Assembly (NCBI GenBank): GCA_963714085.1
Contig: OY970229.1
Coordinates: 672,001 to 736,000, forward strand
Source: an uncultured Candidatus Micrarchaeota archaeon
GTDB lineage: Archaea > Micrarchaeota > Micrarchaeia > Anstonellales > Bilamarchaeaceae
Direction of reading: 5' to 3'
DNA: 64,000 nucleotides
Below the pieces are notes generated by a model. That model did no database searches and was not told where the DNA came from. It worked only from the letters and a program-made list of their open reading frames with translations. Below, one piece after another: positions 17,123 to 26,773 of this stretch; position 1 is the first letter of the stretch, and the number at the start of each line of letters is the position of its first letter. Both the position numbers and the translations under genes were made by a program.

Positions 17123-17243
17123 CCCGCCTTAGCTCAATGGTAGAGCGGTCGGCTGTAGCTTGGTCCGGCTCCTTTTTGGAGCTTCACTACTGTAATCAGC
17201 AGTAGATACCGACAGGTTGCTTGTTCAAGTCAGGCAGGCGGGA
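17123..17243 (+). tRNA. tRNA-Tyr(GTA) with a ~49-nt intron at the canonical 37/38 position (approx. 17159-17207); CCA not encoded
   Basis: Acceptor CCCGCCT/AGGCGGG with discriminator A; D-arm GCTC-AATGGTA-GAGC; anticodon stem GTCGG/CCGAC with GTA at 17155-17157; T-arm GCTTG-TTCAAGT-CAGGC; TATA-like TTTATAAG upstream. Confidence 0.92.
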
Positions 17244-17299
17244 TCGCACTCCTCCAGCACCATTTTTAACCTTTCAAATGGAATTTGAGCTGATAAAGC

Positions 17300-18262
17300 A
17301 TGATTGACATAGTATACTTCCCGGGTCTCGTACTGATGCTGGCCATGTCGGCCTTCTTCGCGCTGGCAGAGGTCGGGATAATCGGGATACCCTACCCGAA
17401 AGTCCACAGGTTCGCCAAGGAGGGCAGATGGGGGGCCGAGAGCCTGCGCAGGCTGAAACAGAACCTGAGGAGCACCATAATCACCATAATCATAGGGAAC
17501 AACATCGTGAACATCGTGCTATCGTCCATATCCACCCTGCTGGCCATAGAGGCCTTCGGCTCCGTGGGCGTGGGGCTGGCAATAGGGGTGATATCCCTGC
17601 TGGTGCTGACCTTCGGGGAGGTTTTCCCCAAGACCTTCGCCACTACCCACATGGAGAAGGCGGCGCTCTATTCCGCCCCGCTGATCGAGATCTTGTCGTT
17701 CGTCCTCTCGCCGTTCGTGCTCATGTTCAGGGCCGTGCCAGACGTGATATTCCGCACCTCCAAGGAGCACAGCAGGGTGATGGTCACCGAAAAGGAGATA
17801 CACGACCTCATGGAGCTGGGCATGGACGAGAACGTGCTCGAGAAGAACGAGGTGGGCATGATAAAGCGCGTGCTCCTGTTCAACGACATCCCGGTGAAAA
17901 GCATAATAACCCCGATAGAGCGGGTGGCGAAGCTCTCCGAGGACGCCACAGTGGAGGAGGCCATAAAGCAGGTGTCCATCCACGACTACACCAGGTATCC
18001 GATAGTCGATGCCTCGGGGAGGATAACCGGCAGCCTGAGGGTGAAGAACCTCTTCCACCACGCCTACGACGGCAGGAACAAGAAAATCGCGGAGCTGGCG
18101 GACAAACCGCTGTTCATGGACGGGGAGATAATGATAGACGACGCCTTCGGTCTCATGAAGAAGGAGCACGCCCACATAGCCTACATCACCGACCCTGCAG
18201 GCAAGGTGACAGGCATAGCGACTACGGAAGACGTGCTCGAGGAGATAGTCGGCGAGTTCTAG
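17300..18262 (+). CDS. CNNM/CorB-family membrane protein (DUF21 plus CBS pair)
   Basis: SAFFALAE, IIIGNNIVNI, FGEVFPK, C-terminal CBS ending T.EDVLEEIVGEF. Confidence 0.9.
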   Translation: MIDIVYFPGLVLMLAMSAFFALAEVGIIGIPYPKVHRFAKEGRWGAESLRRLKQNLRSTIITIIIGNNIVNIVLSSISTLLAIEAFGSVGVGLAIGVISLLVLTFGEVFPKTFATTHMEKAALYSAPLIEILSFVLSPFVLMFRAVPDVIFRTSKEHSRVMVTEKEIHDLMELGMDENVLEKNEVGMIKRVLLFNDIPVKSIITPIERVAKLSEDATVEEAIKQVSIHDYTRYPIVDASGRITGSLRVKNLFHHAYDGRNKKIAELADKPLFMDGEIMIDDAFGLMKKEHAHIAYITDPAGKVTGIATTEDVLEEIVGEF

Positions 18263-18840
18263 GTCTTTTTCTCGACTATATAACTGACTTCGAGCAGCTC
18301 GCCTCTCGCCTGCTCTATCTGCATGCGGGCCACGTCCTGCTTGTGCCGGAAATCCGGCAGCACCGCGTTCGAGAAGCGCAGCGGCAGGAGTTCGTCGTAG
18401 ACCTGCTCCATCATCGCGAAGTAGTACTTCGCCTCGTGGCGGTTCCCGCGCCGCAGCGACTCGTACATCTCGCGCTTGAGCTCGCCTATCGCGTCCAGCA
18501 GGCCGTTCAGATAGGGTATCTCGCCGACGTCCAGCTCGCCGTAGGACGGGATCTTCTTCTTCTCTATGGCGGACAGCACGATCCTCGCCTCCGCGTATTC
18601 CTGGAGTATGTGGTTGAGCTGGCCGGGGAAGGACACTGATAATGCACGGATCTCCTTGAGGTCCTTCTCCGCATCCTTGAGATGCGCCCTAGCTGTCTTC
18701 AGGTCGTAGGCGTGGAGCGCCTTTATGGCGTTGGAGCAGTCCCTCACGATCTGCCTGCTGCCGGTCATTACGCTGTCCAGCTGCTCCTCTTTCTTCCGGA
18801 GTGATTTGTCTATCGTTTCTATACCGAGATGTAATGGCAT
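18259..18840 (-). CDS. Translin/TRAX-family protein
   Basis: SRQIVR.CS.AI, QEYAEA, YLNGLLDAIGELKR, FRHKQDVAR. Confidence 0.88.
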   Translation of the reverse strand: MPLHLGIETIDKSLRKKEEQLDSVMTGSRQIVRDCSNAIKALHAYDLKTARAHLKDAEKDLKEIRALSVSFPGQLNHILQEYAEARIVLSAIEKKKIPSYGELDVGEIPYLNGLLDAIGELKREMYESLRRGNRHEAKYYFAMMEQVYDELLPLRFSNAVLPDFRHKQDVARMQIEQARGELLEVSYIVEKKT

Positions 18841-18899
18841 GTATGCACCGAAGAGAATAGGAAAAGAGCATTTATATCCTTTCTCAAGTAAAGAGACTT

Positions 18900-19367
18900 G
18901 TGTTCGATAATCCAAAAAGTTTTGTGAAGCAGATAGCCATCTTCATAGACAAAAAGGACAGCAAGAGAGCGTATGAGACCTCAAAGGAAATGGCAGCGGC
19001 GTTTCCACGCATGATGATATCGCATTTCCTGCTGGCCAAATCAGCTTTCGCACTGGAATTGTACGGAGAATCATTTTCAGAGGCCGGCAAGGCGCTCAAT
19101 CTGGCTACTGAAAAAGAAGACAGGATATCTTCAGCCATTATCGCTTCTGCCGCCCTATTCATGCTCGGGAGATACTCCGATGGCTATGAACTGCTCAAAC
19201 GTTTCGAAGACGCAAACAACGAACGCATCGAGAAGCTGCTTATAGCGTTTTCAGCTACGCTTGGAGAAGAATCAGCGAGTTTCAAACATGCGAAAACGCT
19301 TATAAGGCTGAACCGTTTTGCTGCTCAAAAGCTGATTTCCCGTTTTCTCGGAAAAGAGGGCGACTGA
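18900..19367 (+). CDS. Hypothetical helical-repeat (TPR-like) protein
   Basis: Ala/Leu-rich helical pattern (HFLLAKSAF...Y.ES..EA.KAL; ALFMLGRY..GY.LL); GTG start uncertain. Confidence 0.6.
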   Translation: MFDNPKSFVKQIAIFIDKKDSKRAYETSKEMAAAFPRMMISHFLLAKSAFALELYGESFSEAGKALNLATEKEDRISSAIIASAALFMLGRYSDGYELLKRFEDANNERIEKLLIAFSATLGEESASFKHAKTLIRLNRFAAQKLISRFLGKEGD

Positions 19368-19388
19368 AGCCGCAGTTTGGGAAGACGC

Positions 19389-20309
19389 CTATTCTTCGAT
19401 GAAAGAATCGACTGCCTGCGTTATCCTCCGCATTGCCGCGGCACTGACATACATATCTATTTGCCCGGTTGCGAGCCTGTTGATTCTAGCGAGGTATTTT
19501 TTCGCGTCCTCCGGATTCGTATATCCTATTCTTCCGGTCTTGTATTCCGTACATCCGGCGCAATCGTATCTCTTCCCAAATTTATTGAAGCTGTTGTCTA
19601 CGCGGAATTCTTTGCCGCCGATGCTCACCACGGTTTCCACATGGTCGCTCCCGGTCATGATTATCCTGCCATGCAGCCCCGAATAGAGCAGCAGCCGCCT
19701 GTATACCATCTCGAGCTCGTCGCAGTCCCCGAATGAGAATATCCTCACGGTTTTCGGCCCTTGACCATCCTGATCAGAGATGGCCATGACATAGCTTGCT
19801 TTTTCTGAGAACATGTCCCGCGTCATCTTGCCCGGATACCGTTGGCTCGCATCGGCACCTATCTTGGTTGTCCCTTTTTTTGCGACCTTGGCTAGCCGGC
19901 TGTCACGCTCTTCTACGATCACATAATGATTATCAAGAATGCCCCTGTGCTTCACCATCTCATGGAGCAGCCTGGCGGTCGCGTATTCTCTCTTAACCGA
20001 GCTGTCATCTGGGTTCAGGTCGTTTTCCTGGCAAAAAGCTTCGAATTCGCCTCTCCTACGTTCCAGATAGGCTTTCGCCTTGCTGGACAGGAGGCGGCTG
20101 ACGAATCCAGACACGCAATCCCGACACTGTTTAATCTGCGGCCTCGATTCTTCAGCAGACACGCACTGCGCAACCTGCGGTCTCGATCCCTCAGCAAACA
20201 CGTCTTTGGAACTGAAAAGGCCGATGCCTACCGCTAAGGCTGTTGCAAGCCGGAATTGTTTGAATCCGGAGCTTGTTACCTGACAGTAGCTGTTCACGTG
20301 CGCCATCAT
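19389..20309 (-). CDS. Putative exported transglutaminase-like cysteine hydrolase
   Basis: N-terminal hydrophobic segment; FGDCDE, downstream H (SDHVETVV) and D (FRVDNS). Confidence 0.6.
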   Translation of the reverse strand: MMAHVNSYCQVTSSGFKQFRLATALAVGIGLFSSKDVFAEGSRPQVAQCVSAEESRPQIKQCRDCVSGFVSRLLSSKAKAYLERRRGEFEAFCQENDLNPDDSSVKREYATARLLHEMVKHRGILDNHYVIVEERDSRLAKVAKKGTTKIGADASQRYPGKMTRDMFSEKASYVMAISDQDGQGPKTVRIFSFGDCDELEMVYRRLLLYSGLHGRIIMTGSDHVETVVSIGGKEFRVDNSFNKFGKRYDCAGCTEYKTGRIGYTNPEDAKKYLARINRLATGQIDMYVSAAAMRRITQAVDSFIEE

Positions 20310-20357
20310 ATAATAGGTGATACAAACTGTTTAAAAATGTTCGCAATTCGTACGAAG

Positions 20358-21809
20358 TCATGCGATAGCGAAGCGTTTCTTAGCCTCGCTCATGGAATAC
20401 CCGGTTCTCTTCATGTCCATAGCCATGTCCTTGAGGATGCTGATTTTTTGAGCTTCGGTCCTCTCATGGATGGCCGCCTGCAGCTCCTCGACATTCTGGC
20501 GGTATGGGCCGTCTAGCGACGACGCGACCAGGTCGGTGAGCATGCTTATCGCCCTCGCGGTTCCGCCAGGTTCTTTGAGCAGCTTGGGGAGCACGTTTTT
20601 ATCGAGGCGGTACGAGATGCTTACGAAGCTGTTGCCCCAGCGCCTCCGCGACGCTTCGCGCCTCACCAGGGCTTCCTCTGGTGACATTCCGACTGCGGTT
20701 TTCGCAGCTGCCGTAACCATCTCTTGCTGTGAAGGCGAAATCGAAGGCAGGGAGATGGTCTTTATGACTTTATCCCTGTCTTTATCCGACATAGAACGCC
20801 ATCTTGGCCAGAGCTCAGGCTTCTGCTTTAGCGCGGCTTCGAGCCGCCTGGCAGGGCCGGATTCGTAGTCGTCCTTGAAAATCGAGGCTGGCGGCTTGCC
20901 TTTGGACAGGGCTGAAAGCGCTACATTGACCAGCTTCTTGTCCAGTTCAGACGAGCCTTCCAAATCACGGCGTTCCGTCAGTTCCCTTGCCAGATTCTTC
21001 GGATATTCGATTTCGTAGAGGGATGGCTCCAGGTAAAACCATTTCTCTCCAATCGTAACACCCACGCCGGCATGCGAGGGGCCGCTGAGTCGGTAGACCA
21101 TCATATCCATGCCCAAATTGTTTTTATCGCTCATGTAGCGGAGCATCTGGGCCATCATGAGGGACACCTCGTCGCAGTCCCCGAATGTGAGATAATCCTG
21201 CTTGCTCGCCCCGTCACGATAGCGCGATCCATAGACGACATCCTTCATGAGGAAGCTGAATGCTTTCCCGTGGATGCTGGCGTCGTCACGCACAGAAGGA
21301 GGGACCTCCCCTACGTTTTTCAAAGTAACGCGTTTATCTGTGTACTTGAAATTCACGCCCATGGATCCGCCATAGCGGCCCATCCTGTAGACCATCCATG
21401 CCACAGACCATTGCTTGCGCACCTGTTCGTTGTCAGCGAGGCCTCCGCTCTGCTTGAGGAAGAGACTATACTCGTCCTTGTGATTTTCAAAGAACTGCTT
21501 CCAGTTGTCAGCAAAAAGCTGCCCGAAGAATGCTTCGGCGGGTAGGTTGCCAACTTTTCTTGGAACGATGCCTTCTGGCTGGTTTTTCAGGGCTGCAGAA
21601 AGTGCATTTCTCACGGCATCAGGCGTGCCTTTTTTCAGCGCCGCCTCGAGAGTCTTTGCAACCTCGCCGTTGACGCTCGACAGCGCACCGCCATAGCGCT
21701 CTGAATACTGCCTCAGCACGCCTTCGACTTCCTTGCGGGCAGGAGAAGGCACCAGTGTCAGCATCTTCCGTATCGTCGCTTCCTCAGGGCTCGCTTGCTG
21801 CTCTGCCAT
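20358..21809 (-). CDS. Transglutaminase-like domain protein, paralog of 19389..20309
   Basis: FGDCDE, PSHAGVGV, WFYLEPS; likely start MAEQQ at 21809. Confidence 0.65.
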   Translation of the reverse strand: MAEQQASPEEATIRKMLTLVPSPARKEVEGVLRQYSERYGGALSSVNGEVAKTLEAALKKGTPDAVRNALSAALKNQPEGIVPRKVGNLPAEAFFGQLFADNWKQFFENHKDEYSLFLKQSGGLADNEQVRKQWSVAWMVYRMGRYGGSMGVNFKYTDKRVTLKNVGEVPPSVRDDASIHGKAFSFLMKDVVYGSRYRDGASKQDYLTFGDCDEVSLMMAQMLRYMSDKNNLGMDMMVYRLSGPSHAGVGVTIGEKWFYLEPSLYEIEYPKNLARELTERRDLEGSSELDKKLVNVALSALSKGKPPASIFKDDYESGPARRLEAALKQKPELWPRWRSMSDKDRDKVIKTISLPSISPSQQEMVTAAAKTAVGMSPEEALVRREASRRRWGNSFVSISYRLDKNVLPKLLKEPGGTARAISMLTDLVASSLDGPYRQNVEELQAAIHERTEAQKISILKDMAMDMKRTGYSMSEAKKRFAIA

Positions 21810-21872
21810 GGCTATAAATTGGAGCAGCATTGCTTAAAAAGGATAATATGAGAGTAAAGAGCTGGTGCGTGT

Positions 21873-22550
21873 ATGCATGTCGTCCTCTCAATAGGCGGAA
21901 GCGCGGTGGTGCCTGATGGGAAACCGAATATAAAGTTCCTCAGGGAGCTCGCTGGCGTCATAAGGGCGAGCAAGAACGAGTTCGGCATCGTCGTCGGCGG
22001 AGGGCCGCCCGCGAGGACGTACGCCAACGCGGCGCGCGAACTCGGCGCTGGCGAATTCGACGCGGACCAGATAGCCATAATGTCCACGAAGCAGAATGCG
22101 AAGCTTCTCCTGGCAGCGTTCGGTGACGTGGCTGCGTCGGAGGTCATCCGGAGCTTCGACAAGGCACGGGAGCTGGCCGGCAGGCACAAAGTCGTGGTCA
22201 TGGGAGGGACGATTCCCGGCATAACCACGGACACAGATGCCGTGCTCCTTGCAGAGGCCACTGGCGCGAAACGCCTGGTCAACGTATCCAACGTCACCGG
22301 CATTTATGATAAAGACCCGAAGAAGGATCCGAAGGCGAAGAAGTTCGACACTATGGGCTACGACCAGCTGGTGTCGCTCGCAATGTCCTCGGACAAGAGG
22401 ACCGCTGGCATGAACTTCGTGTTCGACCTCCTTGCCTGCAAGCTAATAGCCCGCTCGAAAATAGAGACCCATTTCGTGGGCTGGAAAAGCATGGACGACG
22501 TGAAGGCAGCGATGGAAGGCAAGAGGCATGGGGGGACCGTGGTAAGGTAG
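21873..22550 (+). CDS. pyrH: UMP kinase
   Basis: VLSIGGS, VVGGG..AR.Y, GG..PG.TTDTDA, NV.GIYDKDPKK, GTVV. Confidence 0.95.
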   Translation: MHVVLSIGGSAVVPDGKPNIKFLRELAGVIRASKNEFGIVVGGGPPARTYANAARELGAGEFDADQIAIMSTKQNAKLLLAAFGDVAASEVIRSFDKARELAGRHKVVVMGGTIPGITTDTDAVLLAEATGAKRLVNVSNVTGIYDKDPKKDPKAKKFDTMGYDQLVSLAMSSDKRTAGMNFVFDLLACKLIARSKIETHFVGWKSMDDVKAAMEGKRHGGTVVR

Positions 22551-22607
22551 TCAGAGGACGCAGACGAACAAGGCTTAAAACAATTCCCTTCAGCATACGG
22601 CTTTGAC

Positions 22608-22757
22608 ATGCTAAAGGCCATCGAGGGAGTAAAGCACACGGAAGAGCTTGCGCGGCTCTTTTAATACCGGCGCTGGACGACCAGGAAGAGGCACATCGAC
22701 GACCTTTACCGGCTGAATAAGAAAACAGTAGAAAGACTCATGGTGCAGTTTATCTGA
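22608..22757 (+). pseudogene. Possible small degraded ORF with one in-frame TAA (22662-22664)
   Basis: MLKAIEGVKHTEELARLF*YRRWTTRKRHIDDLYRLNKKTVERLMVQFI*, preceded by a TATA-like CTTAAAA. Confidence 0.3.
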
Positions 22758-22774
22758 AAATGATAGTGACTGGA

Positions 22775-23356
22775 TTACTTCTTAGTTGCAGTTCCGATCA
22801 GCCTGTCTGCAAGTCCCTCTGGCTTCTCTTCGGAAAGCACCCAGGTCCTGACTTCCTTGAGCCTTCCCTCGTTCTCAGGCGTGGTTTTCTTGAACGTGCT
22901 GAAAACCTCTTCAACGTAGGCAGGACCGCCGGAAGTTTTGGCGATTGCCCTCATCTCGCTGGCCGTGGTCACTGCCAGACCAAGCACGATCTGGCGCCTC
23001 TGCTCTGCTGTGAACATATGGCCTCCCTTGACCAGGCACTCCAGCTTTCTAGCCACGTGACGCTGTTCTTTCCCTTTGGTTTCATTATCGAATACGTAGT
23101 TGATGATCCCCATAAGACTCTCTTTGTCTTTATTCTGGATGTCGTCTTCGATGCCCTTGCCCCGGACCATGTCCATCGTGAGCATGGACTTGTAGAGCTT
23201 TTCAACGGTGGACTGGGGCTCCATGAACCTGTCGGTTGCTGGGGTCCTGTCGTGGAAGCCGCGGTTCTCGCTCCCGACGTTGGCCCTGCATGGCTGCGCT
23301 GCCAGCACCAACGCCAGGGACGAAGCCGCAAGAAGCCTGTAACTAGTAACACGCAT
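22775..23356 (-). CDS. Hypothetical secreted protein
   Basis: Signal-like RLLAASSLALVLAAQPCRA; own TATA and palindrome upstream. Confidence 0.7.
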   Translation of the reverse strand: MRVTSYRLLAASSLALVLAAQPCRANVGSENRGFHDRTPATDRFMEPQSTVEKLYKSMLTMDMVRGKGIEDDIQNKDKESLMGIINYVFDNETKGKEQRHVARKLECLVKGGHMFTAEQRRQIVLGLAVTTASEMRAIAKTSGGPAYVEEVFSTFKKTTPENEGRLKEVRTWVLSEEKPEGLADRLIGTATKK

Positions 23357-23358
23357 AA

Positions 23359-23376
23359 CTATGTTTTATAACATAG
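23359..23376. promoter_or_regulatory. Palindrome CTATGTT-TTAT-AACATAG between TATA box and start codon (putative operator)
   Basis: Perfect 7-bp arms read directly. Confidence 0.5.
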
Positions 23377-23391
23377 AATTTAAAAGGCTTG

Positions 23392-24099
23392 TCACTTCAG
23401 GTACTTGGCGACTTCCTTGTCGAAGAGCGTCCTGCAGTTCTTGGTCTTGAGGTCGCATATTGAGATCTCGACGTTCTCCTGCTGGAGCTTCTCGTCCTGG
23501 GTCTTGCGCAGGGCCTCGAGCGCGAGCTCGACCGCCTCGTCCGTGTTCATGGTGTCCTTGTAGTGCTTCTCCAGCAGGTCGTCAACTTCCTTCTTGTTGG
23601 CGCCTATGGAATCGGCCTTGTATGCAGTCATGGCGCCGCTCGGCTCGGCCTCGAAAAGCCTGGGCGAGCTGTCCACGCCCGCGATGAGCAGCGACACGCC
23701 GAATGGCCTGATGCCGCCGTACTGGGTGTACACCTGCATGAGGTCGCACACGGAGCGTGAGATGTTCTCCACAGTGGGCGCCTCGTTGTAAGTTATCCTG
23801 TGCTTCTGGGACTCCATCCTCGCGACGTCCACGAGCCGCCTCGCGTCCGCGATCAGCCCCGAAGCCGTGACCACGATGTGGCTGTCCACCTCGAATACCT
23901 TCTTGAGCGACTCCGGCATCACGAGCTTGGAGTGTATGGACTTGAACGCCACGAGCACTGCCCCGTCCTTGGCGGTTATGCCGATTGCCGTCGCTCCTCT
24001 TTTCACCGCTTCCTTCGCGTACTCCACCTGGAACAGCCGTCCGTCCGGGGAGAAAACAGTGATCGCACGATCATACGCCTGTGGGGATACTCCATACAT
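23392..24099 (-). CDS. psmA: Proteasome subunit alpha
   Basis: YDRAITVFSPDGRLFQVEYA, RPFGVSLLIAG. Confidence 0.98.
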   Translation of the reverse strand: MYGVSPQAYDRAITVFSPDGRLFQVEYAKEAVKRGATAIGITAKDGAVLVAFKSIHSKLVMPESLKKVFEVDSHIVVTASGLIADARRLVDVARMESQKHRITYNEAPTVENISRSVCDLMQVYTQYGGIRPFGVSLLIAGVDSSPRLFEAEPSGAMTAYKADSIGANKKEVDDLLEKHYKDTMNTDEAVELALEALRKTQDEKLQQENVEISICDLKTKNCRTLFDKEVAKYLK

Positions 24100-24162
24100 A
24101 ACAAATTCACCTCTAATCGTTCATAGGATTGTTAGCATATCCTATCGAAGTATTTAAAATGT

Positions 24163-25074
24163 TCACATCGCCCGCAGCCGCTTTATCCGGTCGTCTATGG
24201 GCGGGTGGGTGGAGAACAGGGTCGACACCTTGCCTGTGAACGGGCTCGCGATATAGAGCGGCGCCGTGGCGTCCGAAGCCTTCTGCACAGGCATGGCGGC
24301 GTTCTTTATCTTCTCCAACGCGGATGCGAGGCCTTCAGGATAGCGCGTGAGCTTGGCGGCATTGGCGTCCGCGAGGTATTCCCTCTGCCTCGAGAGGGCG
24401 AACCTGAGGAGCTCGGCGGATATGGGAGCGACTATCATCAGCACCAGGGCGATTACCAGGACTATGACCTGGGCCCCGCCTCCCCCGCGCCTGCGGTCGC
24501 CCCTGCCGCCGCTGAAAGCCCCGACCCGTATGTAGGTCCAGGCGATATATGATACCAGGGAGATCGCTCCGACGAAGACCACGGCGAGCATCATGAAGCG
24601 GATGTCGTAGTTCCCGATGTGGGATATCTCGTGGGCCAGCACGCCCTCCAGCTCCTCCTTCTTCATGGTCTTGAGCAGGCCGCTGGTGACGGCCACGGAA
24701 GCGTGCTTCGGGTCCCTGCCCGTGGCGAAGGCGTTGGGGCTCGGATCGTCGACGATGTAGAGCGCGGGCATGGGTATGCCGGACGCGATCGCCAATCCTT
24801 CCACCACGTTGTAGAGGAACGGCTGCTCCTGCTCTGTGACCTGTTTCGCGCCGCTGACCCCCAGGACGACCTTGTCACCGGAATAATACATCACCACCGC
24901 GTATATGGAGAGCGCGATGAAGCCGATGATTGGGCCGATTATCCCTATGTCGAGCACGTAGGACAGCGCGCAGACCGCTGCCATGAATACGATGAAAAGG
25001 ACGAGGATGAGTATTGCTGAGTTGCGCTTGTTGTCGTCTATCGCATCGAAGAGGCTGATTTTGGCGTCGGCCAT
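24163..25074 (-). CDS. htpX: HtpX-like M48 zinc metalloprotease
   Basis: PNAFATG, HEISH, SRQREYLAD, STHPP. Confidence 0.93.
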   Translation of the reverse strand: MADAKISLFDAIDDNKRNSAILILVLFIVFMAAVCALSYVLDIGIIGPIIGFIALSIYAVVMYYSGDKVVLGVSGAKQVTEQEQPFLYNVVEGLAIASGIPMPALYIVDDPSPNAFATGRDPKHASVAVTSGLLKTMKKEELEGVLAHEISHIGNYDIRFMMLAVVFVGAISLVSYIAWTYIRVGAFSGGRGDRRRGGGGAQVIVLVIALVLMIVAPISAELLRFALSRQREYLADANAAKLTRYPEGLASALEKIKNAAMPVQKASDATAPLYIASPFTGKVSTLFSTHPPIDDRIKRLRAM

Positions 25075-25105
25075 GGCACAACTCCGCAACTGCGTTCCCT
25101 AACCT

Positions 25106-25831
25106 TCAGGCGGCCGCCTTCTTCCTGGCCCTGGTAGGTTTCGGGGCCGGCGCTGCCTGGGCAGCTGCCGGAGCCGCTTCAGGGGCAGGCTCGTCTTCGG
25201 CCGGCGGAGCCGCCGGAGCGGCTTGGGGCGCGGGCGTGTCCTCGAAGGACACCTTCACCGGCTCCTTCTCCGCCTCGGCGACTTCGAAGAACGGCTTGGC
25301 AGCGAACGTCGCCGCGAACATACCGGCGATCACGCTGGTCGGGAACGTCTCCCTCGCGTTCTTGTACTCCAGCACCGAGTCGTTGTACGCGGTCCTGATG
25401 TAGGCGATCTTGTTCTCAGTCCCTTCCAGCTGCTCCTGGAGCATCTTGAAGTTCTCGTTGGCCTTGAGGTCCGGGTAGTTCTCGGCTACGGCGAAGAGCG
25501 ACTTGAGCGTCTGTGAGAGCATGTTGTTGGCCGCAGCCCGATCCTGCACGCTGCCGGTCATGAGCCCTGCCCTGTACTTCGTGACCTCGACGAGGGTGCT
25601 CTTCTCGTATTTCATGTATCCCTTGGCGGTCTCCACGAGGTTCGGTATGAGGTCGTACCTCCTCTTGAGCTGCACGTCTATCTGCGCCCAGGCGTTCTCC
25701 ACGCGGTTGCGCAGCGTTACCAGCCGGTTATAGGTCATCCATATGTAAAGCAAGATGACGACGATGCCGGCGATTACGATGAGGCCGACGCAGGTTAGCA
25801 ATCCCACTCCGCCAAGTAAATCAGATGCCAT
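25106..25831 (-). CDS. lemA: LemA family protein with an Ala/Pro-rich tail
   Basis: [42 protein letters not shown]. Confidence 0.95.
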   Translation of the reverse strand: MASDLLGGVGLLTCVGLIVIAGIVVILLYIWMTYNRLVTLRNRVENAWAQIDVQLKRRYDLIPNLVETAKGYMKYEKSTLVEVTKYRAGLMTGSVQDRAAANNMLSQTLKSLFAVAENYPDLKANENFKMLQEQLEGTENKIAYIRTAYNDSVLEYKNARETFPTSVIAGMFAATFAAKPFFEVAEAEKEPVKVSFEDTPAPQAAPAAPPAEDEPAPEAAPAAAQAAPAPKPTRARKKAAA

Positions 25832-25864
25832 AATTACACCGATGTTGAATCTGCGGCATTCTTT

Positions 25865-26122
25865 TTAAATAGTAATGCTCGGCGAGCATCGCGAGAGGAA
25901 GTCCGCCTCCGGAAGCGAGATGTCCAGGACCTTGCGCCGGGACGTCAGGCCGGAGATGATATGGACCTCGGCCTTGAGCAGCCTGCGCATCTCTTTGACG
26001 AGCTCCATGTTCGCCTTGTTCGATTCAGGGGCGCTCCTGAGATGGATCTTGAGGCTCCCGTCCGCCTTCCTCTCTATCCGGAAAGGGCCTGACTTCGGAA
26101 CCACCGTGACCTGGATGCGCAT
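25865..26122 (-). CDS. DUF167/YggU family protein
   Basis: V.VVPKS, APE..KAN.EL, II.G.TSR.K. Confidence 0.88.
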   Translation of the reverse strand: MRIQVTVVPKSGPFRIERKADGSLKIHLRSAPESNKANMELVKEMRRLLKAEVHIISGLTSRRKVLDISLPEADFLSRCSPSITI

Positions 26123-26123
26123 G

Positions 26124-26771
26124 CTAGCCACCCAGCGCCTGGACAATGTCGCCCTCGCTCATCGCTCCGGAATGAAGCTCCCCGTTTATCAGTATGGACG
26201 GGTACTGCGTCACGTTGAACTGCGCCTTGAGCGAGTCTGCGATCGGGCTCCCCAGGTCGCCGTCGAATGAGTATATCCTTACGAGCGGGACCTTGCCGAC
26301 TGTCTGGTCGCGGGCCGTGAGTATGTCGTTCCCCTGCTCCAGGCAGCCGGAGCAGTTCGTATTCGAATAGAAGTATATCAGGATGGTGCTGTTCTCGCCG
26401 CAGCGCTCCTGGATCCTCTTGGAGAGCAGGTAGGACTGGGCCTCGAGCACGAAATAGTTCATCTTCAGCGGCGTGTCGTACACGTGCTTCTCGTCCTCAA
26501 GGTAGCTGAGCTTGTATCCGATGGTCTCCACCTGGGAGTTTATGGAGTCCAGCTGGGAGCTGTACACCGGGCAGAAGGAGGAGCTGTTCCCGTCCAGGAG
26601 CAGCAGCAGCTGGGTGGATGCGACCTCGGCCGAGATGTTCTCCACCTGGTCGGATATGGCCTGCTGGTTGTACTGGTCTATCAGGTCGCCCACGTATATC
26701 CCTATGCAGAATACCATCACGGTGACCACGAGCGCGAGCGCGTAGAGCTGGTATGATATCTTCCTCTCCAT
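26124..26771 (-). CDS. Membrane-anchored protein with a C-terminal thioredoxin-like domain
   Basis: Start MERKISYQ at 26771; TM helix; YFYS..NCSGC...QG..L; FNVTQYPSILING. Confidence 0.75.
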   Translation of the reverse strand: MERKISYQLYALALVVTVMVFCIGIYVGDLIDQYNQQAISDQVENISAEVASTQLLLLLDGNSSSFCPVYSSQLDSINSQVETIGYKLSYLEDEKHVYDTPLKMNYFVLEAQSYLLSKRIQERCGENSTILIYFYSNTNCSGCLEQGNDILTARDQTVGKVPLVRIYSFDGDLGSPIADSLKAQFNVTQYPSILINGELHSGAMSEGDIVQALGG

Positions 26772-26773
26772 GG

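Noticed and set aside
18259..18262. Convergent CNNM and translin genes sharing a CTAG stop overlap
   Set aside because: A common result of genome compaction.
24163..25831. LemA-HtpX gene pair
   Set aside because: Widespread known pairing; not novel.
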